Part shown: positions 9,424 through 17,936 of the stretch, piece by piece
Layout: every line of letters begins with the position of its first letter
Position numbering within the stretch: position 1 is the stretch's first letter
Assembly: GCA_017993025.1 (NCBI GenBank)
Contig: JAGONL010000002.1
Span: 1-40,847 of the forward strand
Length of the DNA stretch: 40,847 nucleotides
Reading direction: 5' to 3'
From: Candidatus Saccharimonadota bacterium
GTDB taxonomy: Bacteria > Patescibacteriota > Saccharimonadia > Saccharimonadales > SZUA-47
Position numbers and translations under genes: made by a program
Notes under the pieces: generated by a model
What the model was told of the DNA's origin: nothing
What the model saw: only the letters and a program-made list of their open reading frames with translations
Databases searched by the model: none

Positions 9424-9735
9424 ATGTTTAATCTACTTTTTGCTCACGCCGGTGAAGACCACTCAACCACAGCAGAAGCTGTAGCCCACCAACTAGAATG
9501 GTTTTACCAGATTCCTATTTTTATAGTTTCGGTGTTTATTGTAGGTTATTTTATCTGGCTAATTACAAAAAAGCAGGATACAACTGTACTTCTCACATCT
9601 ACGATACTTCTCATTGCCGGGTTTGCGTGCTTTAGCGTAGCCCCGATCATCAGCATACTTTCTATATCAATTGGCATCATAGCAACGTTATTTGTGACAC
9701 TTGTAGGCCTAGGCCAAAAACCAAAAGCTAAATAG
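9424..9735 (+). CDS. hypothetical membrane protein
   Basis: The track ORF 9145-9735 overlaps atpB, so it is trimmed to the ATG at 9424 (MFNLLFAHAGEDHS...). It has 2-3 hydrophobic helices and is divergent from atpB. Confidence 0.55.
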   Translation: MFNLLFAHAGEDHSTTAEAVAHQLEWFYQIPIFIVSVFIVGYFIWLITKKQDTTVLLTSTILLIAGFACFSVAPIISILSISIGIIATLFVTLVGLGQKPKAK

Positions 9736-9997
9736 GGGATAGGGTTGAGGGTAGAGGGTACAGGGTACAGACTTTAGGGTGTAGGGTATAGGGTAGAGAT
9801 ACAATATCTGATATTTGATAATTGATATTTGAAGTAGGGGCAAGATTTTAAATTTTAGAATTTAGTCCTCCGGCTGGCGGATTTAGATTTATAATTTAAA
9901 ACTTTCGACTTTTCGACTTTTGACTTGCGACTTTTGACCTTCAACTTCATTGTAGCTAAAACCCTTGACCCTAAACCCTACACCCTATACCCTATAG
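9736..9997. repeat. composite word-repeat spacer with complementary outer arms
   Basis: AGGGT-words at 9736-9799 are complementary in kind to ACCCT-words at 9961-9997. Inside are gatattt words, ttttaga words, the tcctccggctggcgga hairpin (9866-9881) and cgactttt words (9903-9948). Confidence 0.8.
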
Positions 9998-10000
9998 AGA

Positions 10001-10576
10001 ATGTCCTTTGAAGATTTTGAAACCAAAGAATCAGTTGTATTAGTCTACACCGGCGACGGTAAAGGCAAAACCAGCGCTAGCGTTGGGCTTCTTGCCCGTG
10101 CACTTGGTCGTGACTGGAAAGTGGCTTATGTTCAGTTTGTTAAAACCTGGGAAACAGGCGAGTCCAAATTTATCGACAAGGTTGTAGAGGCGAAAGTGTT
10201 CGGGGATAAATTATTCTATTTTCGCGGGGGAAGGGGCTTTTATAATGCTGGCGATATTAGCGCCAAAAACGTCACGGAGGCAGAACACAAAAAAGCTGCG
10301 CTTGATACTTTTAATATAGCGATAGAGAAAGCCACGTCTGGCGACTGGGACCTAGTTATCTGCGACGAAATCAACAACTCGGTTCACGACGGATTACTAC
10401 CGATGAAAAAACTTGAAAATCTACTGACCAAACGCTCACCAAAAACTAGCATTTGCGTAACCGGCCGGAATTTCCCTAAAGAACTACTCAAATACACCGA
10501 TATTGCAACAGACATGACCAAAATCAAACACCACTTCGACGACAAATTCCTAGCCAATAAAGGTATCGATTACTAG
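10001..10576 (+). CDS. cobO: cob(I)yrinic acid a,c-diamide adenosyltransferase-like (CobA/CobO/BtuR family)
   Basis: 191 aa. The N-terminal VYTGDGKGKTSASVGLLARALGRDWKVAYVQFVK...GE is typical of the family. Confidence 0.7.
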   Translation: MSFEDFETKESVVLVYTGDGKGKTSASVGLLARALGRDWKVAYVQFVKTWETGESKFIDKVVEAKVFGDKLFYFRGGRGFYNAGDISAKNVTEAEHKKAALDTFNIAIEKATSGDWDLVICDEINNSVHDGLLPMKKLENLLTKRSPKTSICVTGRNFPKELLKYTDIATDMTKIKHHFDDKFLANKGIDY

Positions 10577-10592
10577 TTTAATCAAGTAGTTC

Positions 10593-10621
10593 TTGATTAT
10601 TATTGACAAATGTGATATAAT
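10593..10621 (+). promoter_or_regulatory. sigma70-like promoter; the ATG at 10628 may be leaderless
   Basis: TTGATT, 17 nt, then TGaTATAAT. The -10 element ends 6 nt before the ATG at 10628. Confidence 0.35.
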
Positions 10622-10627
10622 TAGAAG

Positions 10628-11245
10628 ATGCCACTGTTATACTTATCGAATCCAGAGCTTTTTTATGCACCTGAAGGATTAGTCGTTGGAGCAAAATATC
10701 CTCACTCTATAGATCCAGCTTGTGCTATTTCGCTTGGTAAAGGTGTTATCTTTAGGTCAAGGTCTGACAAAGCGTATATTCATCCACCAACTACCCACAG
10801 AGGAGCCTCACAGCCAGAGGTACACAAAACTGCATTAACAGCTTGGCTTAGGCACGATATACATGATATAGAAGTTGATTTACTTGACCCAGAACTTGAA
10901 GAAACAAAAAATCTAAATGATTACGCAGATACGGTAGACAGAATTTTTGGCGTTTCTACAACAAACAGACGAATCGTGATTCTGCCACCTAGAGCAGTAA
11001 TTTCACCTCGGACAATGTTTGGAAGAATATCGATGATTTCAGGCCTACTTAATAGCGGGGACATGGTTTGGCACGACCAAGGTTCTTTCGATACGTTAGC
11101 TAAAACAACATTAGAACCCGGAGACATTGTCGCTGCTGAGGGAAGCATAGCAAATAGCATTGCAAACACTTCGATTTCAGGAACTTTGGTCTTTCTAGAG
11201 CAGACGTGCGCAAGAAACAGTTTTACATTTCCAGTTGGTGAGTAG
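10628..11245 (+). CDS. hypothetical protein
   Basis: 205 aa ORF of normal composition. No family recognised. Confidence 0.6.
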   Translation: MPLLYLSNPELFYAPEGLVVGAKYPHSIDPACAISLGKGVIFRSRSDKAYIHPPTTHRGASQPEVHKTALTAWLRHDIHDIEVDLLDPELEETKNLNDYADTVDRIFGVSTTNRRIVILPPRAVISPRTMFGRISMISGLLNSGDMVWHDQGSFDTLAKTTLEPGDIVAAEGSIANSIANTSISGTLVFLEQTCARNSFTFPVGE

Positions 11246-11252
11246 CTTTAGT

Positions 11253-11564
11253 CTATAAATCGCCACTCAGGCGCTCAAAGGCGTCTAAGAAACGACGCAA
11301 TGGTTTTTGGTGTTTAGAGATAGCATAGTAAACCCGCAGGTGGTCGTGAGTTCTATCAGACGATATAAGGCCTACTTCGTTTAGTATTCTCAGCTTTTTA
11401 GAAAGAGTAGCCGGGTTAATTCCTAGCTGGTCGCGCAGTTCCGTAAAGTTTTTTTCGCCATAACGCTCTAGTTCAAATAGAATCTTTAAAACTGTACTAT
11501 CTCCAAGCACAAAAAATCCACGGAGTAACATGAGTAGTTGTTTTTCTGTTAGGTGGTCTTTCAT
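11253..11564 (-). CDS. ArsR/SmtB-type winged-helix transcriptional regulator
   Basis: 103 aa with the HTH region KNFTELRDQLGINPATLSKKLRILNEVGLISSD. Confidence 0.75.
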   Translation of the reverse strand: MKDHLTEKQLLMLLRGFFVLGDSTVLKILFELERYGEKNFTELRDQLGINPATLSKKLRILNEVGLISSDRTHDHLRVYYAISKHQKPLRRFLDAFERLSGDL

Positions 11565-11577
11565 TTCGATTTTTCCT

Positions 11578-11634
11578 AGTTATATATAATCTATAGTGCT
11601 TACGTTTCCATAGTACTATACTTTATATATAACT
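11578..11634. promoter_or_regulatory. perfect 12 nt inverted repeat (candidate operator) upstream of the ArsR-like gene
   Basis: agttatatataa (11578-11589) and ttatatataact (11623-11634) lie 14 nt upstream of the regulator's start codon. Confidence 0.35.
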
Positions 11635-11740
11635 TTAAATCTAGGGTTTAGGGGGTGGGGTATATGAAGGAAGAAGGGCTGAGACTGGAGTAAGCTACAA
11701 AGGCTTTCCATTTTTTACTTCGTTTTTCTAATTTGTTTAG

Positions 11741-11760
11741 TCCGCCGGCTGGCGGATTAG
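11741..11760. repeat. TCCGCC-NNNN-GGCGGATTAG palindromic motif, copy 3
   Basis: tccgccggctggcggattag, preceded by tttag as in copy 2 (9861-9886). Confidence 0.75.
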
Positions 11761-11831
11761 TACTTAGTGCTTTGAATTTGCATATTAACCTTGAAATTAC
11801 TTCTAAGACTACTGGTGTTATACTGATATAT

Positions 11832-12347
11832 ATGAACAAGCCTACACTTCATTTACTTATGGGGCTACCAGGAGCCGGGAAGACCACACTTGCAAGAGTT
11901 TTGCAGAAGCTAACCAAAGCCGCCAGACTATCTTCCGACGATTATAGACTGATTATTTATCCCGAACCGACCTTCAGCCAAAAAGAGCATGATGATTTAT
12001 ATGCTCTAATTGACCACAGCGCTGAACATCTATTAGCGGCAGAGCATGACGTAATATATGATGCTAACCTTAATCGCTACAGCCACCGCAAAGAAAAATA
12101 CGACTTGGCCAAAAAATATAATGCCAACGTAATACTATGGTGGGTGTGCACACCAAAAGAACTAGCCAAAGAACGCCGTGTTAAAGAACAAGACAAAAAC
12201 CTTATCCCAGAAGGCGAGACATCAGAGCGAATGTTTGACAGAATTGCAGATATTTTGGAGGAACCAGGAACAGACGAAAAATATATCGAAGTTGACGGAA
12301 CAAAAATTTCAGAAGACGAGATAAGAAAACTGCTTCCAACAACCTAA
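11832..12347 (+). CDS. P-loop kinase/ATPase (AAA_33-like)
   Basis: Trimmed to the ATG at 11832 (MNKPTLHLLMGLPGAGKTTLARVL), which gives Walker A GLPGAGKT. About 171 aa. Confidence 0.65.
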   Translation: MNKPTLHLLMGLPGAGKTTLARVLQKLTKAARLSSDDYRLIIYPEPTFSQKEHDDLYALIDHSAEHLLAAEHDVIYDANLNRYSHRKEKYDLAKKYNANVILWWVCTPKELAKERRVKEQDKNLIPEGETSERMFDRIADILEEPGTDEKYIEVDGTKISEDEIRKLLPTT

Positions 12348-12353
12348 AATTAT

Positions 12354-13196
12354 TTATTTAAATAATTTAAACGGCATGCGGATTACGAATAACACGGCAC
12401 TTAGAAGCAAGATCAGGCCACCTAAAACATAGACACCAAATACACCTGCAATGTGAGTGACAATATTGTGATTACTTCTCCGTGCTCGCCCTAGATTGCC
12501 ATTATCTCTATGGATTTTTTTGGTTGAAACATATAGCGCGCGGTAGTGCAGAGCCTTTTTGATATTCATGTAATCTGCGCCGTTAGCAGTGATTCGCAAA
12601 CTATTATTCTGAACTATTTTCCCGCCCGCACCAGCAAGCCACAGCGACACATCTTGGTCTTCGTGTACCAAATTGTCATCATTGCAGACTTTATCCGATA
12701 TTTTTGCCCAAGCACTGCGCCTTATGGCCATTGTGGCTCCCCACATCGTTATTGTCTGAAATCCTGCTCGAACATACCAGTAGTAGCTATGAGAGAAAAA
12801 AGTTGTTTTAATTCTCTGAAAACCAGGTAAGAAGGATGTTCTGCCTATTCCCGTTAGCCCCATAAGTTCTTGGTCGTTTTCAAAGCTCTTTAAAACAGTT
12901 TCTACCCAGTTAGATTCAATTCTAGAATCCGCGTCTATACGCCCAATAATATCTGAATTAACCGACTCAAACCCCGCACTGCGAGCAAAGCCCCGGCCTT
13001 GGTTTTTCTCTGTAATAACTCGCACAAACTGATATCGCTTAACAATTTCAATTGTTTTGTCTGTACAGTTATTATCCACAACGATGACCTCATCCGGGGG
13101 TACAGTTTGCCGTGCTATGGAATCTAGGCAATCTTTAATTTGGTCTTCTTCGTTATATACCGGGATTACAATGGAAATAGATAGTTTGGCTGTCAT
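12354..13196 (-). CDS. family 2 glycosyltransferase
   Basis: Trimmed to the ATG at 13196. SIVIPVYNEEDQIKDCLDSIARQTVPPDEVIVVDNNCTDKT and RIDADS are GT-A/GT2 motifs. C-terminal TM helix. Confidence 0.8.
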   Translation of the reverse strand: MTAKLSISIVIPVYNEEDQIKDCLDSIARQTVPPDEVIVVDNNCTDKTIEIVKRYQFVRVITEKNQGRGFARSAGFESVNSDIIGRIDADSRIESNWVETVLKSFENDQELMGLTGIGRTSFLPGFQRIKTTFFSHSYYWYVRAGFQTITMWGATMAIRRSAWAKISDKVCNDDNLVHEDQDVSLWLAGAGGKIVQNNSLRITANGADYMNIKKALHYRALYVSTKKIHRDNGNLGRARRSNHNIVTHIAGVFGVYVLGGLILLLSAVLFVIRMPFKLFK

Positions 13197-13270
13197 TACT
13201 AAATATAAGCATATCAGACAATAGCAATCCCAAAGCAAAACGTGTTTTTTTCGATGATGGATCAGACGAC

Positions 13271-13335
13271 AAAAATAGTAGTTCTTCCGACAAGACTTAT
13301 CCTTAGATAAGGTGCGAAGGAAAACTACTATTTTT
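13271..13335. repeat. CTTATCC-hairpin repeat, copy 2 (opposite orientation to copy 1)
   Basis: aaaaatagtagtt...cttatccttagataag...aactactattttt has a 13 bp outer stem. The core matches the reverse complement of 7861-7901. Confidence 0.7.
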
Positions 13336-13441
13336 GCGTTTGAGGCGTAGCGAGAAATGTATGTTCTGCTTTGGGATTGTTATAGCTAGCTTTTAGGGGT
13401 TGAAACTGATATAAATATACATAAGCAATTTATATATAATT

Positions 13442-14557
13442 ATGAGCAAAAAACACAAGAAACAGCCTAAATTAAGCGGTTTTGATAAATTCAAAAGCCA
13501 GCTGGTTGAATTTGTATCTGTACTTCGACCAAATAGTTTAGCTAAAAAAATAGCGTTATGGGTAGTTATTATTATCGCTACACCAACATTCGCTATGTAC
13601 GGTGTAGCTCAGTGGTATATTTATACTCAAAAAGACGTACCCCTAACTATGGGTGCGACATTTGTACCAAACTATGCGCGCTACTTTGACTTAGACCCCA
13701 AAGAAGTATTTGGTGAAATGATAAATGACCTTGGTCTTAAACGCTTCCGTCTTGTTAGTTACTGGAAGGACATGGAAAGAACTCCCGGGGTCTACGATTT
13801 TGAAGAACTAGACTGGCAATTTGCCATGGCGGAGGAAGCTGGAGCTGAAATATCACTGGCTATTGGACTGCGTCAGCCACGCTGGCCAGAATGTCATGGT
13901 CCTGCTTGGGCAATGGAAAAACCAATGAGTGAATGGAGTGTTGATTTAAAGAACTTTATGGGCGAGGTGATAGACAGATACAAATCAAGCCCTGCTCTCA
14001 AAGAATATCAGCTAGAAAACGAATTTTTCTTGAGTGTTTTCGGCGAATGTCCTGACTTTAGCCGTGAAAGGTTGGTTGATGAGTTTAATTTTGTAAAGGC
14101 CAGAGACCCAGACCATCCGGTGATTGTTAGCCGTAGCAATAACGCGATTGGCTTGCCGTTAAATGAACCAGTCGCTGACAAATATGCAGTAAGTATCTAC
14201 AAGCGAGTGTGGGACAAAACTTTAACTAAGCGCTATTTTGAATATCCATTTCCGGCGTGGTTTTACGCGGGTCTAGCTGGCGGAAGTCAGATAGTGCAAG
14301 ATAGAGATTTGTTTATTCACGAACTCCAAACAGAGGCTTGGTTGCCAGAAGGCATGAGCATGAAAACCGCACCAGTTGAAGAACTGTACAAATCGTTAAG
14401 CCCCGAGAGATTAAAGCACCGTATAGATTACGGGGTGGCTACTGGCATGCGCACAATAGATGTCTGGGGGGTAGAGTGGTGGTACCACATGAAAACCAAA
14501 CGCGACGCACCAGAACTTTGGAACACTGCAAAATCTGAATTTGAACGCCTGCGCTAA
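13442..14557 (+). CDS. membrane-anchored TIM-barrel glycoside hydrolase (clan GH-A-like)
   Basis: 371 aa with an N-terminal TM helix. LKRFRLVSYWKDMERTPGVYDFEELDWQF and the catalytic-type YQLENEFF motif resemble GH5/GH42-like enzymes. Confidence 0.55.
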   Translation: MSKKHKKQPKLSGFDKFKSQLVEFVSVLRPNSLAKKIALWVVIIIATPTFAMYGVAQWYIYTQKDVPLTMGATFVPNYARYFDLDPKEVFGEMINDLGLKRFRLVSYWKDMERTPGVYDFEELDWQFAMAEEAGAEISLAIGLRQPRWPECHGPAWAMEKPMSEWSVDLKNFMGEVIDRYKSSPALKEYQLENEFFLSVFGECPDFSRERLVDEFNFVKARDPDHPVIVSRSNNAIGLPLNEPVADKYAVSIYKRVWDKTLTKRYFEYPFPAWFYAGLAGGSQIVQDRDLFIHELQTEAWLPEGMSMKTAPVEELYKSLSPERLKHRIDYGVATGMRTIDVWGVEWWYHMKTKRDAPELWNTAKSEFERLR

Positions 14558-15253
14558 TTAAACATCAGTAATGTGTGGAAAAATGGTCGGAGTGAGTAAG
14601 CTTACCAGCCTATTTGGAGCAAATAAAGTTTCATTATGGTAGTGGTTAGGAAGCACCACAGTAGTAACACCATTGTTAGATGCATGATCCATATCGGCAA
14701 GGTCTGCAAAACCAAAACTATCTAGCGCAGAGTGTACAACAGCTCTTCCTGCAGGGAAGTCATTTGCTCTCGCAACAAGCTGTTCTACTGTAGAATAACC
14801 TCTACTAATCATTATTGGTGTTCTGGCAGAACTCAAAGGACTACGTGCCAATTCAAATCCAGCACCTATCATGTCAGCAATACCTGTTTTGTGAGCTCCA
14901 TGCTCTTTTCGAATTGGATCATCCATGACTGCCTTTGTTCTTTTTGCTAGATTAATAAGTGATACTGGCTCAGGAGGGTTTATAGCAACAACCTGCAAAG
15001 CTCTTTGGACTCTAGTGATAAAAGCAGAGTGTCCTATAACAAAACTGGATTCTAACTCTCGTCTTAGTGCTTTGCGACCTATCATGCCCGCACTCTTGTT
15101 TAGTGTCACTATTTCTATTTTACGAAAGATACCAAGTTCATCAAGAGTGCGGGCAAGAAATTCACCAACATGCTTTCGCTCACTGTGACCAAGCCCAACA
15201 ATAGCTTTATCTGACTCTATCTGAAAATTTGGTCCTTTTACTGTTGTTGCCAT
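14558..15253 (-). CDS. hypothetical protein (possible alpha/beta-hydrolase-like, VIGHSAF)
   Basis: 231 aa ORF. The GHSAF elbow-like motif is the only hint of function, and it is weak. Confidence 0.5.
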   Translation of the reverse strand: MATTVKGPNFQIESDKAIVGLGHSERKHVGEFLARTLDELGIFRKIEIVTLNKSAGMIGRKALRRELESSFVIGHSAFITRVQRALQVVAINPPEPVSLINLAKRTKAVMDDPIRKEHGAHKTGIADMIGAGFELARSPLSSARTPIMISRGYSTVEQLVARANDFPAGRAVVHSALDSFGFADLADMDHASNNGVTTVVLPNHYHNETLFAPNRLVSLLTPTIFPHITDV

Positions 15254-15316
15254 ATTAGTTTATTATAGCATACTTAAGACTATTTGTAAATAAACATAAC
15301 CTCTGTTAATATATAA

Positions 15317-15796
15317 GTGATGAAAAGCAAGCAGGCACGTAAAGCCACAAAAAAACCTCAAGAGAAAGCCATACGCAACAAACGCGCAAGGTTTGACTAT
15401 AATTTGGACGATGGTTTTTTGGTAGGCATTGAACTAAACGGACGTGAGGCAAAAAGTCTGCGCATGGGGCACGGGCAACTGCAGGGTGCTTATGTAACCG
15501 TTAAAGATAACGAGCTGTTCCTAATAAATGCATCTATCCACGGCACAAAAGGCATCCCGATAGAGGATTTAGAGGTCACAAGAAACCGCAAACTTCTTGC
15601 AAAGAGAAAAGAAATAGACCAGATTATGTTAGCCAAAAAACAGGGCAGGACAGTGGTGCCATTAGATATTCTGACAAAGGGTAGATATATAAAACTTAGG
15701 ATTGCGCTTGGTGTAGGCAAGAAAAACTATGACAAGAGACAGACGCTTAAAAAGCGTGATACAGATAGAGACATTAGCAGAAGTTTTGCTATTTAA
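15317..15796 (+). CDS. smpB: SsrA-binding protein
   Basis: 159 aa with NKRARFDYNL..G.EL.G.E.KSLR...L.G.Y...........N..I and a basic C-terminal tail. The start is GTG 15317 or ATG 15320. Confidence 0.9.
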   Translation: MMKSKQARKATKKPQEKAIRNKRARFDYNLDDGFLVGIELNGREAKSLRMGHGQLQGAYVTVKDNELFLINASIHGTKGIPIEDLEVTRNRKLLAKRKEIDQIMLAKKQGRTVVPLDILTKGRYIKLRIALGVGKKNYDKRQTLKKRDTDRDISRSFAI

Positions 15797-15802
15797 TCTT
15801 AA

Positions 15803-16507
15803 CTAGCTGATAAGTGTGCCGACGTGTTCGCCGTTTACTAGTCGAATCAAACCATCTGGCTCATGCAGGTTCATAACTACTACTTTTACGCCTTGTTCGG
15901 CCGCTAGTCCCATTGCAGATTTGTCCATAACTTTGATTTCTGGATTTTCTAGCGCTTGCTGGTAGGAAATAGTGTCGAATTTAACAGCGTCGTCATATTT
16001 GTTTGGGTCTTTATCATATACACCATCTACTTTGGTTGACTTGATTACAAGTTCACAGCCAAGTTCTAACCCGACAAGTACTGCTGCACTATCGTGGGTA
16101 GAGTAGGGGCGCCCGATACCGCCAGCTACAATCAAAACACGGCCACCTTCTAGGTGCTTTTCAGCTAATCTAAAAGAGAAGTTTTCTGCAACTTGTTCAG
16201 CGTAGATATTGCTTAGACAACGGGTTGGGACACCATTTGCTTCAAAAATGTCCGTCATTGCCATAGCATTGATTAAACCGCTTAGCATCCCCATTTGGTC
16301 AGCCGTTACGCGCTTAATTCCGTTGCCGGCCATTTCCGCACCACGCACCAAGTTTCCACCACCAGCGATTATCACTAACTGACAACCTGACTCTACAATT
16401 TTTTTAGCTTCGCTTGCGATCCATGCAACTACATTTGGATCAATCCCTGTTTCGTGCTCGCCGGCTAGTTGCTCGCCAGAAACTTTGAGCAATATTCTTT
16501 TATACAT
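15803..16507 (-). CDS. pyrH: UMP kinase
   Basis: 234 aa with YKRILLKVSGEQLAG and the IIAGGGNLVRG motif. Confidence 0.92.
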   Translation of the reverse strand: MYKRILLKVSGEQLAGEHETGIDPNVVAWIASEAKKIVESGCQLVIIAGGGNLVRGAEMAGNGIKRVTADQMGMLSGLINAMAMTDIFEANGVPTRCLSNIYAEQVAENFSFRLAEKHLEGGRVLIVAGGIGRPYSTHDSAAVLVGLELGCELVIKSTKVDGVYDKDPNKYDDAVKFDTISYQQALENPEIKVMDKSAMGLAAEQGVKVVVMNLHEPDGLIRLVNGEHVGTLIS

Positions 16508-16580
16508 TAATTTATATTGTAGCAGAAATTTCTAAAAAATATTTGTCTTAGTTGCTTCATAAAAGGGATATACTAGTTTT

Positions 16581-17375
16581 ATGAAATTATATAGTTGGAA
16601 TGTAAATGGAATTCGGGCAGTGTGGAATAAGGGCCTATTTCAGAAATTTATTGAAGAACACGACCCAGACATATTGTGTTTGCAGGAAACAAAGGCGCAA
16701 CCTCATCAATCGCCAGTTGATTTACCGCAATACGATGAATATTGGAATAGTGCTGAAAAAGCAGGCTATTCCGGCACGGCGATATTCAGCAAGGAAAAAC
16801 CTATAGAGGTGCGCAACGGTTTCTCTGAAAAAGTTCAAAAGTCTTTTAAATTCCCGGACAAATTTGGCGACCCATCAAAAGAGGGTAGGGTTTTAAGTGT
16901 ACGGTTTCCGGACTTCTGGGTTGTAACGGTTTATACACCTAACAGCAAGGACAAATTGGAGCGGCTGGAACTACGTCATAAAGTCTGGGACCCAGCGTTT
17001 TTGATGCACGTCAAAGAACTAGAGCAGTCAGCACCAGTACTATTTTGCGGGGACTTTAATGTTGCCCACCAGCCCATTGATTTAGCGAGACCTAAAGAAA
17101 ATGAAGGCAAGCACGGCTTTACACTAGAGGAGCGCAAAGGGTTCGACAAAATGATTTCTGCAGGATTTATAGACACGTTTAGGATGTTCTATCCAGATAC
17201 TACAGAAGCCTATACCTGGTGGACAGCCTGGGGCGGTGCGAGAGAGCGCAACGTTGGCTGGCGTATAGACTATTGGATGGCAAGCGCCAGGTTAGCAGAC
17301 AGGATTCAAGACGCAAACATTCACCCAGACGTTATGGGGTCCGACCACTGCCCAGTCAGCATTGAAATTTCCTGA
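16581..17375 (+). CDS. xth: exodeoxyribonuclease III
   Basis: 264 aa with MKLYSWNVNGIRAV, LCLQETK, GDFNVAH and the C-terminal GSDHCPV. Confidence 0.92.
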   Translation: MKLYSWNVNGIRAVWNKGLFQKFIEEHDPDILCLQETKAQPHQSPVDLPQYDEYWNSAEKAGYSGTAIFSKEKPIEVRNGFSEKVQKSFKFPDKFGDPSKEGRVLSVRFPDFWVVTVYTPNSKDKLERLELRHKVWDPAFLMHVKELEQSAPVLFCGDFNVAHQPIDLARPKENEGKHGFTLEERKGFDKMISAGFIDTFRMFYPDTTEAYTWWTAWGGARERNVGWRIDYWMASARLADRIQDANIHPDVMGSDHCPVSIEIS

Positions 17376-17390
17376 GTTTTTTAGCTCTAC

Positions 17391-17639
17391 TTATCTGTGA
17401 CGTAAGAAGCTTATCACACCAATAAGTGCACCTGCAGCAACCGCACCATATCCGCCGTACATAAAATTAGTAGGTATTTCTTCGGTAAATATTCTAGAGC
17501 CAAAGAAACCGCCGTCAAATCCTATAAGGGCAGCACCAGTTGCATAAAATGCAGTATTGCCAAGTCTTGACTGAATCTCAGCAGTAAATTGTGGTGACTC
17601 TTGTGCCACTTCAGGGGTAGGGACGTTTGGTGTGTTCAT
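17391..17639 (-). CDS. hypothetical small membrane protein
   Basis: 82 aa ORF with Gly/Ala-rich hydrophobic segments. Confidence 0.45.
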   Translation of the reverse strand: MNTPNVPTPEVAQESPQFTAEIQSRLGNTAFYATGAALIGFDGGFFGSRIFTEEIPTNFMYGGYGAVAAGALIGVISFLRHR

Positions 17640-17760
17640 TATTTTATTATAACATAATATTATTTATTTATCAATACAATTCTTCGTTAGCTCTAGCTAT
17701 AATAATAAATACTAATGGTGGAAATCTAGTGATTAAACTAATAAATAGTTATTTCGTGGT

Positions 17761-17936
17761 GCGCATACCGTCCTCGGATGAGCTAGTTTGGTTGGAGTGG
17801 GCGATTTTTACAGTGAGACGTATGACACATACGGCGAGCTGGAAAAACACGCACGCTGAGGCCAAAATAGACATCAGGCAACCAACGCGGACAGCTTTGC
17901 TGTTCGGCAGGGTTGACGGCGAGGTGCGGTATGCGT
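17761..17936 (+). promoter_or_regulatory. ~175 nt structured leader whose closing helix sequesters the SD and start codon of the first HAD gene (riboswitch-like, or a small-RNA candidate)
   Basis: 17761-17776 gcgcataccgtcctcg pairs with 17920-17936 cgaggtgcggtatgcgt as 10 bp plus 5 bp with one bulge. The helix covers GAGG (17921-17924) and ATG (17931-17933). Internal hairpins: cgtatg-acac-catacg, acagc-tttg-gctgt, and ttggttg...caaccaa. The region is GC-rich within an AT-rich spacer. Confidence 0.45.

Noticed and set aside
3919-9997. Possibility that the short word repeats (GAGTCATGAG, AGGGTNG, CGACTTTT, AATTCTA) are CRISPR arrays.
   Set aside because: The units are 7-10 nt, degenerate and contiguous, with no unique spacers of regular length. 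No cas genes are present.
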